Position numbers and translations under genes: made by a program. 64,000 nt of DNA, taken from an uncultured archaeon (GTDB lineage Archaea; Asgardarchaeota; Lokiarchaeia; Sigyniarchaeales; SOKP01). The stretch lies in the NCBI GenBank assembly GCA_964525635.1, contig CAZGJX010000008.1, forward strand, positions 1 through 64,000, in the 5' to 3' direction. This document shows positions 1-10,900 of the stretch, in pieces (positions within the stretch are counted from its first letter, which is position 1; the number at the start of each line of letters is the position of its first letter). The notes under the pieces are model-generated. The model did no database searches. It was not told the DNA's origin and worked only from the letters and a program-made list of their open reading frames with translations.

Positions 1-404
1 AACATATCTTGATTCTACTCCCAATAGTTATTATTCAGATATAGGATTGAATCCAACTACAACCTATTATTACTGTGTGATTGCTGTTGATACGAACAAC
101 AACCCAAGTGCGCAATCCTCAGAAGAAAGCGCAACTACAGCTCTCGATGCAACACCACCCTCGGCGCCATCAGGACTTGTTGCCACCTCTGGTGGAGAGA
201 CCAGTATTAACCTTGACTGGAATAATAATACAGAACCTGATATTGATTATTATCGTGTATATCGAAGTACATCACCCGGATTTACTCCCGATGGATCAAC
301 ATATCTTGACTCTACTCCCAATAGTTATTATTCAGATACAGGATTGAATCCAACTACAACCTATTATTACTGTGTGATTGCTGTTGATACAAACAATAAT
401 CCGA
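1..404 (+). repeat. 297-bp-period direct repeat (one FN3 unit, 99 codons)
   Basis: 1..~107 recurs nearly identically at 298..~404. Confidence 0.95.
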
Positions 405-955
405 GTACTCCATCATTAGAAATAACTGTAAAAACTCTTAATATAGATTCTAATAATCAGGATTTATTATATATATCGATCACTATAATAATTTTAAGTG
501 CTATTGCTGTTTCTGTTCTTTCATTATATTCATTAGAATCCAAAAAGGCAAAGTTAGAAGATGAAATATCAGTTAAATTAAAAGCTAAAAAAATTGATTT
601 TAAGAAAAGTGCAAAACGTAAAAGATTTTCATTAGATAAAAGATATTGGAAACCTGAAATGAATGAGAAGATATGCAGTAAAGAAAATAAATCTATAAAA
701 ATTGACATTAACAATAATCAATTGCTTCAGATATTTAAAGAAAACCATATCCTTAAGAAAATAGATAAATCAAAAGATGTAAGAATAACTTTATTGGAAG
801 GAGATTTCTTTGATAAGGTGAACCAATTAAACTGGCAAGATGAAGATGAGAAACAAAATTTTATTAAAGAAATGCTTGCGTTATCACCAGATGAGAGAAA
901 ATTAATATTAGAAGAAATGTTGAGAGATTTAGATTTAAATCTACCTATAAAATAA
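2..955 (+). CDS. Single-pass surface protein, 5' partial: tandem fibronectin type III repeats, TM helix, basic linker and conserved cytoplasmic C-terminal domain
   Basis: Frame is open from position 2 (TYLDSTPNSYYSDIGLNP...). FN3 hallmarks (PSAPSGL, LDW, YRVYR, YSDTGL, YYYCVIAVD); TM LLYISITIIILSAIAVSVLSLY; tail LLEGDFFDKVNQLNW...ERKLILEEML. Confidence 0.85.
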   Translation, partial: TYLDSTPNSYYSDIGLNPTTTYYYCVIAVDTNNNPSAQSSEESATTALDATPPSAPSGLVATSGGETSINLDWNNNTEPDIDYYRVYRSTSPGFTPDGSTYLDSTPNSYYSDTGLNPTTTYYYCVIAVDTNNNPSTPSLEITVKTLNIDSNNQDLLYISITIIILSAIAVSVLSLYSLESKKAKLEDEISVKLKAKKIDFKKSAKRKRFSLDKRYWKPEMNEKICSKENKSIKIDINNNQLLQIFKENHILKKIDKSKDVRITLLEGDFFDKVNQLNWQDEDEKQNFIKEMLALSPDERKLILEEMLRDLDLNLPIK

Positions 956-983
956 AATATTTTTGGAGGTTGAATTATACAAA

Positions 984-1652
984 ATGGTTACTAATTTAGT
1001 AAAGCAAGAGGAACTAGTATATCAAATCATCCAAGAATATTTGAATAAAAATAGATATTTGCAGTTAAATGAAGTAATTCCCTTTATTAAAGCTAAATTA
1101 GCTAAAAAGAAAATAAATATAAATGAAACTGGGATCATTTCAATTTTATCTTCATTAGTTAAACGAAATATAATTGTAGAAGGCTCTAAATTACTCCAAG
1201 AAGATATTTTAAAGGTTCGAAAACGAAGGAGAATTTATGAATATATTCTGGAAAATCCAGGAGTATTTTATTATGATATTGTAAAAACATTAAATATTAG
1301 CAGCCATGTTGTAAGGTGGCACCTTAATATGCTTGTTCTTTTTAATTTTGTTAATAAAATAAAAATAGAAAATCATGATATTTATTTTGATGTTAGTATT
1401 AGTCAAAAGAAAGCAGAGGCAATATATTATATATCTAATGACAAATGCCGAAAGATCATCGAATATCTTAAAATTAATGATCATGGAATAACAAAAACTC
1501 AGCTTTCCAAAGATCTTAGTATGCACTTAAATACAATTTCAAAGTATTTAGAAGGTCTTGAGAATATTAGATTATTGATAAGAAAGAAATTTTCAAAGAA
1601 AACTCTTTATTTTTTAGAATTTAATAACTATAATTCTTTAATAAAAAACTAA
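984..1652 (+). CDS. Multi-winged-helix transcriptional regulator (COG3398-like double wHTH plus extra N-terminal helical/wHTH domain)
   Basis: RRRIYEYILENPG...VVRWHLNML and GITKTQLSKDLSMHLNTISKYL; GGAGGT at 965-970 favours ATG 984 over TTG 963. Confidence 0.8.
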   Translation: MVTNLVKQEELVYQIIQEYLNKNRYLQLNEVIPFIKAKLAKKKININETGIISILSSLVKRNIIVEGSKLLQEDILKVRKRRRIYEYILENPGVFYYDIVKTLNISSHVVRWHLNMLVLFNFVNKIKIENHDIYFDVSISQKKAEAIYYISNDKCRKIIEYLKINDHGITKTQLSKDLSMHLNTISKYLEGLENIRLLIRKKFSKKTLYFLEFNNYNSLIKN

Positions 1653-1845
1653 AAAATTATCTTTATTGCTAGAATATGTCTAAGGATTAAAATATATACT
1701 TTATTTAATAAATTATTAATTTCGATAATCAGACACAATTCTAAAAATTTGAATTTTGTTTCATTAATTGTTTACATTGTCAAAGACCTTAAATTTTAAT
1801 TGAATTAATAAAAGGATGAAATTAGATAATTAATTAAAATCTAAA

Positions 1846-2414
1846 TTGTTTAGGGAACTCATTCAATTTTTCTCCATAGCATTTTATATAACACTTTTAT
1901 CAATAATTTTATTATACCATATTTTTGAATTTATTCTAAATTAATTTAATAAAATATTATTTTTAGAGAAAAATAAAAAAGAAGATTATTAGAACCTGGA
2001 TTCTGGATTCCAAAATCAATTGAAAAAACTATGATAATAAAAAGAGATAATTTAAGAAAATTATATGATAATAAACTGTATGTTATCTTTGAAAAAAATC
2101 ATTTACGAGAGAAATTAGCTAAATTAAAGGATATAAAAATAACATTATTGGAAGGAGATTTTCTAAATAAAATTGAACAATTTAATTGGGAATATAAAAC
2201 AGAAAAACGTACTTTTGTTAAGGAAATGATTGCTTTATCACTAAGCGAGAGACGATTAGTTTTTGAAGATATGATGGAGGATATAGATTTAATTTTATAT
2301 AGCAAATAATTTTTTTTTAGAGGTATGATTTTAAATTATTGATAAGAAAAAAAATGTCAAATAAAATTCTCTATTTTTTAGAATTAATAGAATTATAATT
2401 CTTTATTAAAATAA
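1846..2414 (+). pseudogene. Decayed duplicate of the surface-protein tail plus wHTH cassette (contains ORF 2031..2309)
   Basis: 2031..2309 aligns with the C-terminal domain of ORF 2..955; homology extends upstream (KRRLLEPGFWIP vs KRKRFSLDKRYWKP); hydrophobic remnant at ~1846-1945; 2335-2414 matches the last ~80 nt of the wHTH gene (1571-1652). Confidence 0.75.
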
Positions 2415-2511
2415 TATATCCAATTCTTTTTAAGTATAATAATTTATATTGAAATCTTATATTTAATAAACACTAAATTATAATATTTATCGTTTCAGCA
2501 TTAGACTAATA

Positions 2512-2979
2512 ATGACTAGAATTATAAAAAAAAAAAATCTTAATGATTATATAAGAATTATATTTCATGATGAAGAATGGGAAAAAAGAGCAGAAGCTGC
2601 TAGAAAATTAGGATATTTACAAGATACTCGTGCAGTTAATTTGATGTGCCGTGCGCTTATTAATGAGAAGGATTATATGGTTATTAATCGAATCATAGAA
2701 GCTTTAGGAAGGCTAGGTAATCCAAAGGCTACTTTAGTTATTGTAAATAAACTTAAAGAAGAAATTAAAAACTTTTTAGAAAAAGAAAGTGTAGATAAAT
2801 ATAGAATAACTATTATATTAGAGAGTTTGATAAATATAAATGATAAAAGGGCTCTTTATATTATTGGGTTTTTTTTAAATTCACTAGATGATGATTTAAA
2901 ATCATTAACCAAGAAGGCTTTCGACAAGATCTTACCAAACTGGAGAGAATATAATAATGAAGAATTAAAAAATATATGA
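2512..2979 (+). CDS. HEAT-repeat (PBS lyase-like) protein
   Basis: KRAEAARKLGYLQDTRAV and IIEALGRLGNPKA repeats. Confidence 0.8.
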   Translation: MTRIIKKKNLNDYIRIIFHDEEWEKRAEAARKLGYLQDTRAVNLMCRALINEKDYMVINRIIEALGRLGNPKATLVIVNKLKEEIKNFLEKESVDKYRITIILESLININDKRALYIIGFFLNSLDDDLKSLTKKAFDKILPNWREYNNEELKNI

Positions 2980-3117
2980 ATTCATATTTAACTTCTATTA
3001 TAAAAAAAAATGTACCTTTCTAAAATTAGTCTTTTAGATATCAATATTTTAATAAAAAAATTAATTAAATTCTTAGGACCAAATAAATTAATAAGAATTC
3101 TTTGAAGGTAAGAGAAT

Positions 3118-4227
3118 TTGTCTAAAAAAAGGGTTGCTTGTTGGGATCTAGAAGGCCCTATTAGTATATTGGATTTTGCAGCAGATATAGGAAGATTGCT
3201 TAATAAAAAAATAGAGTTGGGTTTGGATAATTATGATATGGCAGATTTTTTCTTTATGATATCTCTCTATGATGATTATTTAATAGATACTCCAAAAATA
3301 AAAGAGAAATTAGGAATTTTAGATTATCAACCAGGTGATACCTTGAGATTGATGGCTCCTATATATGTATCATGTTTTTCAAATGAAGAATTAATTAACA
3401 TAGCAAAAAATAATACTGGTATTCTATCTGGTATAAAAGAATTAATAAATATAATAAAAAAAAAATGGGATATTTTTATAATTTCTACAAGTTACAATCA
3501 ATTTGCTCATCAAGTAACTGGTGAATTGGGAATAAAAAAAGATCATGTTTATTGTACAGATTTCCCTATAGAGAAATTAAAAAGTGATTCTTCAAATATT
3601 AAAGAAAAAATCAATATTCTTGTAAAAATAATATTTCAAAAATATCTTGATAATAATAAAAACCTTGAATTTGTTTTAGATGATTTAAATCATTTTTTTT
3701 GGGAAGATAATTCCTCCGATTATATAAATATAATGAACTCTATAGAGGTGAGAGGAGGAAAAAGGAAGGAGCTAGCTGTTGAACAAATCTCCAAGATTAC
3801 AAGGACACCTATTTCAGAGATGATCGCACTAGGTGATTCGATTACGGATATAAATATGTTAGACCGCCTTAAGAAAGAGAAGGGGATTGCAATCTCATTT
3901 AATGGAAATAAGTTTTCATTAAGATATGCAACTATTGCAGTAACATCTATAAATGGATTAGGTCTTCTTCCAATTTTCGAAAATTATAGTAATATTAAAG
4001 AATTTCTCGAGAATTGGGAATTTCAATTTCCTAAGTTTAAGAATAATCCAAAAAATATATCAAATGACTTAATTTCGACAAATTGCAGAGATTTCTATAT
4101 TAAATATAATTTTCTACCCGAAATTATTAATTTAAATAATAAATCAACTGAAGAATTAGAGAAAATTATATTAAAACAAGAAGATATGCGTAAAAAAGTG
4201 AGGGGTTGGGCGGGGAAATTAGGATAA
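3118..4227 (+). CDS. HAD-superfamily hydrolase, EhaR/COG4030-like
   Basis: WDLEGPIS motif I, IISTSY, GDSITD, ISFNGN. Confidence 0.8.
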   Translation: MSKKRVACWDLEGPISILDFAADIGRLLNKKIELGLDNYDMADFFFMISLYDDYLIDTPKIKEKLGILDYQPGDTLRLMAPIYVSCFSNEELINIAKNNTGILSGIKELINIIKKKWDIFIISTSYNQFAHQVTGELGIKKDHVYCTDFPIEKLKSDSSNIKEKINILVKIIFQKYLDNNKNLEFVLDDLNHFFWEDNSSDYINIMNSIEVRGGKRKELAVEQISKITRTPISEMIALGDSITDINMLDRLKKEKGIAISFNGNKFSLRYATIAVTSINGLGLLPIFENYSNIKEFLENWEFQFPKFKNNPKNISNDLISTNCRDFYIKYNFLPEIINLNNKSTEELEKIILKQEDMRKKVRGWAGKLG

Positions 4228-4231
4228 AATT

Positions 4232-4825
4232 TTATACTAATTCATTTCCCACATTTAAAAAATTATTTTTATAATACTCTAATCCTTTTTTAAGTTCTCG
4301 TCTTTTTTTAATGTTATGATAAAAAAGGTATATAATTGGTATAATAAAGAAAGCTAAATAATAAAATTTAATCTGATAAATATAAATAAAAAATAAAACA
4401 GATACCAATGAATATACAGCATATAGTGAGTTATATAGAAATAAATTCGATCTCCATTTAGAACTTTCCACAAATTTATTATCTTTTAAAGTATCATAAC
4501 ATGTACAACAAATTAATGGTATTTCAATGTTATTTTTCGCTTTATAGTATAATTTATGCATAACAGTAAACATTCTATCAATTTTATTTCCACATAATTT
4601 ACAATTAAAGTTTCTTTTCTTTAGACGATCATATTCAATTTGAAGAATTTCAGATTTTGGAAAATAACAATTATCATTATGAAAATGTGAACAAGTTTTA
4701 CAAGTTAGTTCTTTTTCTAACACTCGATCATTATAATAATCATCGAAAAATTCGTAATTTGAATGAATTTTGCAAATGACTCTTCCTTTCTTATCTATTT
4801 CAAAGGTTGGTTCTACGTGAGGCAT
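4232..4825 (-). CDS. Cys-rich putative zinc-binding membrane protein
   Basis: CKIH, CKTCSH, CKLC and CCTC motifs; two C-terminal hydrophobic helices. Confidence 0.65.
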   Translation of the reverse strand: MPHVEPTFEIDKKGRVICKIHSNYEFFDDYYNDRVLEKELTCKTCSHFHNDNCYFPKSEILQIEYDRLKKRNFNCKLCGNKIDRMFTVMHKLYYKAKNNIEIPLICCTCYDTLKDNKFVESSKWRSNLFLYNSLYAVYSLVSVLFFIYIYQIKFYYLAFFIIPIIYLFYHNIKKRRELKKGLEYYKNNFLNVGNELV

Positions 4826-5066
4826 GTCTCAATATAAATTATTCATATAGATTTTTATTATTATAAATTTCTAACTTATTAATAAATTAAAGCAAAATTA
4901 AAATTAAAAATCTATTCTAAATTTTAAATATCTTAATTACGATTTTATTTATATAAGATTAATTTAACTTTTATGAATTTTAAGTAATATACCAATTAAT
5001 AGAAAATTTAATAAATATCATAATTCTATATTACCTATATTTTACTTATTCAAGAATCGTTTTTAT

Positions 5067-6053
5067 ATGAAATATAGACCTCTTGGAAAAATAGATTTTA
5101 AGGTTTCAGAAATCTCTACTGGATGCTGGCAGTTAGGCGGTAGATGGGGAGAACCATTTGATGAAATATTAGCCCAAGATACTTTAGAGGCCTCATCTTC
5201 TAATGGAATAAACTTTTTTGATACTGCTGATATATATCGAGCTGGTGAAAGTGAGAGATTTTGTGGAAATTTTATTAATTCTACTAAGGAAAAGATTTTT
5301 TTAGCTACTAAATGTGGTAGAAGATTAAATCCACATAATGTAGAAGGATATAATGAAAAGAATATAAGAAAATTTGTTGATGATAGTCTCCAAAATATGC
5401 AAATCGAAACAATAGATCTGATCCAATTACACTGTCCTCCTACTGGTGTTTATTATAAACCAGAAGTATTTGATGTTTTAGATGCTTTAATTGATGAAGG
5501 TAAAATCCATAATTATGGAGTAAGTGTTGAAAAAGTAGAGGAAGCATTAAAAGCTATAGAATATCCTAATATATCAACCATTCAAATTATTTTTAATATT
5601 TTTCGCCAAAGACCTAGTGAATTATTTTTTAAGGAAGCTAAAAAAAAAAATATTGGAATTATTGTTAGAGTACCTTTAGCTAGTGGTTTATTGACTGGAA
5701 AATTAAACAAAAACACAGTATTTAAAGAGGGTGATCATAGAAATTTCAACAGAAATGGTGAAGCATTTGATAGAGGAGAAACATTTGCTGGAGTGGATTA
5801 TGAATTAGGATTAAAAGCAGTTGATGAATTAAAACAAGTTTTTGGGAATTTAGATAATTTAGCTCCATATTCTTTAAGATGGATTTTAATGTTTGATGCA
5901 GTCTCATGTATTATTCCAGGCGCAAGCCATGTTGGTCATGTAATTTCGAATATTGAAGCATCTGATTTACCTCCTTTTACCAATGATCAAATGAAGCAAG
6001 TTAAAGAAATTTATGAAAAATATATAAAAGATTCTGTTCATCATTTATGGTAA
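5067..6053 (+). CDS. Aldo/keto reductase
   Basis: GCWQLGG, FFDTADIY, ATKCG, IDLIQLH, PLASGLL, IIPG. Confidence 0.93.
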   Translation: MKYRPLGKIDFKVSEISTGCWQLGGRWGEPFDEILAQDTLEASSSNGINFFDTADIYRAGESERFCGNFINSTKEKIFLATKCGRRLNPHNVEGYNEKNIRKFVDDSLQNMQIETIDLIQLHCPPTGVYYKPEVFDVLDALIDEGKIHNYGVSVEKVEEALKAIEYPNISTIQIIFNIFRQRPSELFFKEAKKKNIGIIVRVPLASGLLTGKLNKNTVFKEGDHRNFNRNGEAFDRGETFAGVDYELGLKAVDELKQVFGNLDNLAPYSLRWILMFDAVSCIIPGASHVGHVISNIEASDLPPFTNDQMKQVKEIYEKYIKDSVHHLW

Positions 6054-6138
6054 TTCTTTTATAGTCTTATTCCAGAAAAAAGAATTTAAGATGCTCTAAA
6101 TTATTAAATTTTAATTTTAAAAAAAAACAAACAAAAAA

Positions 6139-7671
6139 ATGAAATATTATTTAACTGGAACAATAATTCTTAATAAAGATATTACGACGCATAAAATAAA
6201 AGTTTTAGAATATTTAAAGCAAGCTGAAAATGATATCCTAAAAAAACTCAAAGATCTAGATGAAATTAATTATAGATCGGAATATGAGCTTAAAAATGGT
6301 TCTTCTATCAGAATGAAAATAAATACTCATAAAAGATCAGCTCATATGATATTTTATCGAATAAGAAAATCTCTTGCTGAGTATTTAGGTAAAAATTTAC
6401 ATATTGGAATTAAATCATTAGAAATTGAGTTTTTAAGGATAATTTTTCAACTTGAGAAATTACCCCAAGATCCTTTAACAATACCCTTCGTTAAAAAATT
6501 AGAATTTGATGATGAAGAAAAAACTTGTTTAATCGAATTAGATAATGTTGATAAAAGGTTCATTACCCAAGGGAATGTTGAGAGAATTATAAAGAGGATT
6601 AAAGAAAAAATCGATTTATCTTATTATGAAGGCAAAGCAGAATATCATAAACTTATTTATAAAAGTCCTAAAAGAGAGATAAAAATAAAAAGCGATCCAA
6701 CAACAGAAATGGTTAATCTTAATTGGATTTCTCCCGCTTCTACAAAAGGAAAATGGATTTATTGGGCTCCAGCAACAAATATTTTCTATACTATGGAAAA
6801 AATTGTAGTTGAGGAGGTATTAAAACCTTTAGGATTTAATGAGATGATTAATTCTAATATCGTATCTGGAGAAGATGTTTGGATAAAAACGGGTCATTTA
6901 GAAGGAATGCCAATGGAAATCTATTATGTTGCTGAACCAAAAACAAGAAATGTCAAAGACTGGGAACCTTTTATAGATTTGGTTAAAATTACTCAAGAGA
7001 TTCCTTATGATGAATTTATGAAAATGATACAATTAAAACCTCTAAAAGGTCTTGTTTATGCTCAATGTCCATCCATTTATTGGGCATTAAAGGGAAAAAC
7101 AATAGCAAATGATTCATTTCCAATATTATTATTTGAAAAAACAACAAACTCCTTTAGATATGAATCAGGTGGAAGACATGGAATTGAGAGAGTCGATGAA
7201 TTCCATAGAATTGAAGTTGTGTTCATTGGTGAGCCAAAAGATCTATTAGAATTACAAAAAGAAATCCTTGATAAATATAAATATATCTTCAATGAGATTC
7301 TTGAAATAGAATGGCGAATGGCAAGTGTTACTCCGTTCTACATGCAGCAAGCAGGAGATATCTTTAGGGAAGGAGTTGAGGAAGGTCAGCTAGGAACATT
7401 AGATTATGAAGCATGGTTACCATATAGAGGAACAAGAGATGAGAGTGAGTGGTTGGAATTTCAAAATTTATCTATTGTTGGTGAGAAATATGTAAAAGCT
7501 TTCAATTTGAAGCACCAGAAAAATAAACTGATATGGAGTGGATGCACCGGTATTGGTTTAGAAAGATGGGTAGCGGTATTTTTAGCTCAGCATGGTTTCA
7601 ATATTGATGATTGGCCGAAAAATTTTAGAAAGTTTCTTCCCAAAATGCCAGATCAACTTAAATTTCTTTAA
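6139..7671 (+). CDS. serS: Seryl-tRNA synthetase, type 2 (methanogen-type)
   Basis: YAQCP, FRYESGGRHGIERVDEFHRIE, WLEFQNLS, WSGCTGIGLERW; long alpha/beta N-terminal domain. Confidence 0.92.
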   Translation: MKYYLTGTIILNKDITTHKIKVLEYLKQAENDILKKLKDLDEINYRSEYELKNGSSIRMKINTHKRSAHMIFYRIRKSLAEYLGKNLHIGIKSLEIEFLRIIFQLEKLPQDPLTIPFVKKLEFDDEEKTCLIELDNVDKRFITQGNVERIIKRIKEKIDLSYYEGKAEYHKLIYKSPKREIKIKSDPTTEMVNLNWISPASTKGKWIYWAPATNIFYTMEKIVVEEVLKPLGFNEMINSNIVSGEDVWIKTGHLEGMPMEIYYVAEPKTRNVKDWEPFIDLVKITQEIPYDEFMKMIQLKPLKGLVYAQCPSIYWALKGKTIANDSFPILLFEKTTNSFRYESGGRHGIERVDEFHRIEVVFIGEPKDLLELQKEILDKYKYIFNEILEIEWRMASVTPFYMQQAGDIFREGVEEGQLGTLDYEAWLPYRGTRDESEWLEFQNLSIVGEKYVKAFNLKHQKNKLIWSGCTGIGLERWVAVFLAQHGFNIDDWPKNFRKFLPKMPDQLKFL

Positions 7672-7920
7672 TTATCTTTGGAAATTCCTCTTCCAAAATT
7701 CTAATGAAAGAAATAAAATAATTTATCTATTATTTGTCTATTTTCTTGATAATAATGGATTTTAGATGTAAAAATATTATTTTTTTTTTAAATAGTTACA
7801 TAGGATTTTTTATAGATCTTAATATTATTAATAATAACATAGCAATTGGAAAAAAGTAAATACTTTATAATTTGATTATTATCCCATAAGGTTTTTTTCC
7901 AAAAAAAAGGGTTATTTAAC

Positions 7921-10900
7921 ATGGAATCAACATTCAATAATACCTATAAGGATGATGAGGTTCTTTTTAAACTTATATCTTCTATAGGAGATTGGATATG
8001 GTATATTGATCGAAAAGGAATTATTAGATATTGTAGTCCAACTATAGACAACCTAATTAATTTAACTCCAAATCAAATTATTGGTAATTCAATAAATAAG
8101 TATCTTTCAGATGAAATTACTAATGAAAAGATTATAGACATTATTTCAATTTCAGAAAAAACTATTAATGAAATAAATGTTAAAATAATTGATAATAAAG
8201 GCGATGAAATTCCCGTATTAATGTATACAGTTCCACAATTTGCCGAAGATGGAACTTATAGAGGATTTAGTGGAATAAACAAATTATGTAATAAAAAAGG
8301 AAAACAGCAAAAGTCTTTTGATCAAAAATCAATTCAAAAGATTCTATTTAAGAAATCTAAAGATCTAATCTGTCTTGTTGATTCATATAATAAGTATAAT
8401 ATTAAATTTATAAATGAAAATCAATTTTCAAAACAGTTATTTTACTCTTCTGAAGATCTTTTAGGAAAAAATCTATTAGATTTTATACATAATGACGATA
8501 AGGACCGAATTATTGAGATAATAAAAAGTAGAAAATTAAATGAAAAAGATAATAGAGAAATCAGAATAAAGAATCGTAAAAAAGAATTTATCTGGTTTGA
8601 AGTATTTAATAAAGATTTTCTAAATTATGATAGTTCTAAAGATATATTTATATTATTTAAAAATATCTCGACAATCAAAAAACTTCAAAAAGAAATAGAT
8701 GAACATAAAGAAAGATTTGAATGGTTATACAATGAAGTCCCCGAAATAAGATATTGGAAACTACTAATTCCAAAAAAAGCAATAACTGCAGTCCAGAAAT
8801 CACAGGAAATGTTAGAAAAAGTAATTGATAATATCCCTCAATATATTTTTTGGAAAGATAAAGAATTGAATTATCTTGGTTGTAACACGAATTTTTCTAA
8901 ATTAATTAATTTAGATAATCCTGACAATATTAGTGGGATAACAAATAAAAAAATCCCTCTATTTAAAAATTATCTAACGCAACATGAAAAAAAAGAAAAA
9001 GATGTTATTAAACATAATAGACCTAAGTTAGATTCCATTGAATCCTTAATACTCTCGAATGGGAAAAAAGCATATTTTAATATTAATAGAATTCCTTTAT
9101 TAGATTTGAATAATCAAGTTGTTGGACTATTATCAACATATGAAGATATCACCGATCGAAAAGATTCGGAAGAAAAATTAAAAGCTTCAGAAGAAAAATA
9201 TAGAAATATTTTAGAAAATATAAAAGAATGTTATTTTGAAACAGATTTAATTGGAAATATTACTTTCATCAATGATGCATTTTCTGAAGCTACTGGTTAT
9301 AAAAAATATGAGCTAATAGGAATGAATTTTTCTGATTTTTGTGATGATAAAAATAATGAAAAACTTCACAAAGCTTTTAATAAAGTCTATGTAAAAGAAA
9401 AAGGTATACGTGATGTTCAATATAAAGGGCATTTTAAAAATAATAAAGAAGTTGTTATAGAAAGTTCTGTTTATTTAAAAAAAGACTCTGAAGGTAAAAA
9501 GGTTGGGTTTTGTGGACTCTTAAGAATAATTACTGAAAAATATCTGCTCCAGCAAAAATTAAAAGAATCAGAGAATAAATATCGTATTATTTCCGAAAAT
9601 GCAAATGATTTTATAAGTATAATAAATGAAAAATTTGCATATGAATATATAAATGAGCTACCTCATTTAAAAGGAATGGGATATTCGAAAGAAGAATTGA
9701 TTGGAAAAAAATGTCTTGAATTTATTCATCCTGATGATATCAATACATCAATAAAAACATTAAATGAGGGTTTTTATAATAAAGAACCTGGTTGGGGGGA
9801 AGTTAGATTCAAACATAAAAATGGTAGTTGGATATGGATTGATGTCAAAGGAACTCCCTTTATTGATATTGATGGTAAATTAAAAGCTGTATTAATGGCT
9901 CGTGACATCACAGGAAGAAAGAAGACGGAGGAAAAATTAAAAGAATCTGAAGATAAACTTAAAAAACTTAACAAACAATTGGGAGAAAAAATTCTTGAAA
10001 GAACAAGAGAATTAAGAATTTCAGAAGAGAAATTTAGAACAATTACTGAACAATCCTTACTTGGTGTAGCGATTTTACAAAATAATTATGTTCTATACAC
10101 AAATTTAGCATTATCTAAAATGATTGGATACTCTGAAGAAGAATTAAGAAATTGGACACTAAAAGATTTAACTAAATGTTTTCATCCTTCTAATATCGTT
10201 TCTATACCTCTTATGATAAAAGAAATAGAAAACCTGGGTTTAGGTAATACTTTACAATATACTCTAAAAATTATAACAAGTGATAAAAATAATAAATATT
10301 TAGAATTATTTTTAAGAAGAATCCCATATAAATCAAGTTCAGCAATATTAATCTCTGCAGTAGATATAACAATTAAAAAAAAAGCAGAAATTAAATTGAT
10401 TGAATCAGAACGAAAGTTAAAACAACAAAATGAAGAATTAAAGAAACTTGATAAGCTAAAAACAGATTTTATTACAATGGCCGCTCATGAACTCAAAACA
10501 CCTTTAATTAGTATTTCTGGCTATGTCGATCTGATTATATTAAGGGAAAAAACCCTTAAAGAAGATATTAAAGAAGAATTAATGATAATCCTCAATAATT
10601 CAAAAAGACTGGAATCATATGTCGAGAAATTATTAGATGCTCTGAAAATAGATGCTAAAAAAATGGATTTTAAAATGATTAGAATAAAGGTTCCTGATAT
10701 CTTAAATACTTGTCTTACTGAATTGGAATATCAAATCAAGAAAAAAAATATTGAAATTAAATTAGAAGTAAATAATGATATTTCTCTAAATGTAGATCAT
10801 TTCAGGATTTCTCAAGTTTTTTCTAATTTAATAAATAATGCATTAAAATTCACTCCTTCAAATTGTGCTATCCAAATCTCAGATGAAATAAAAGATGATC

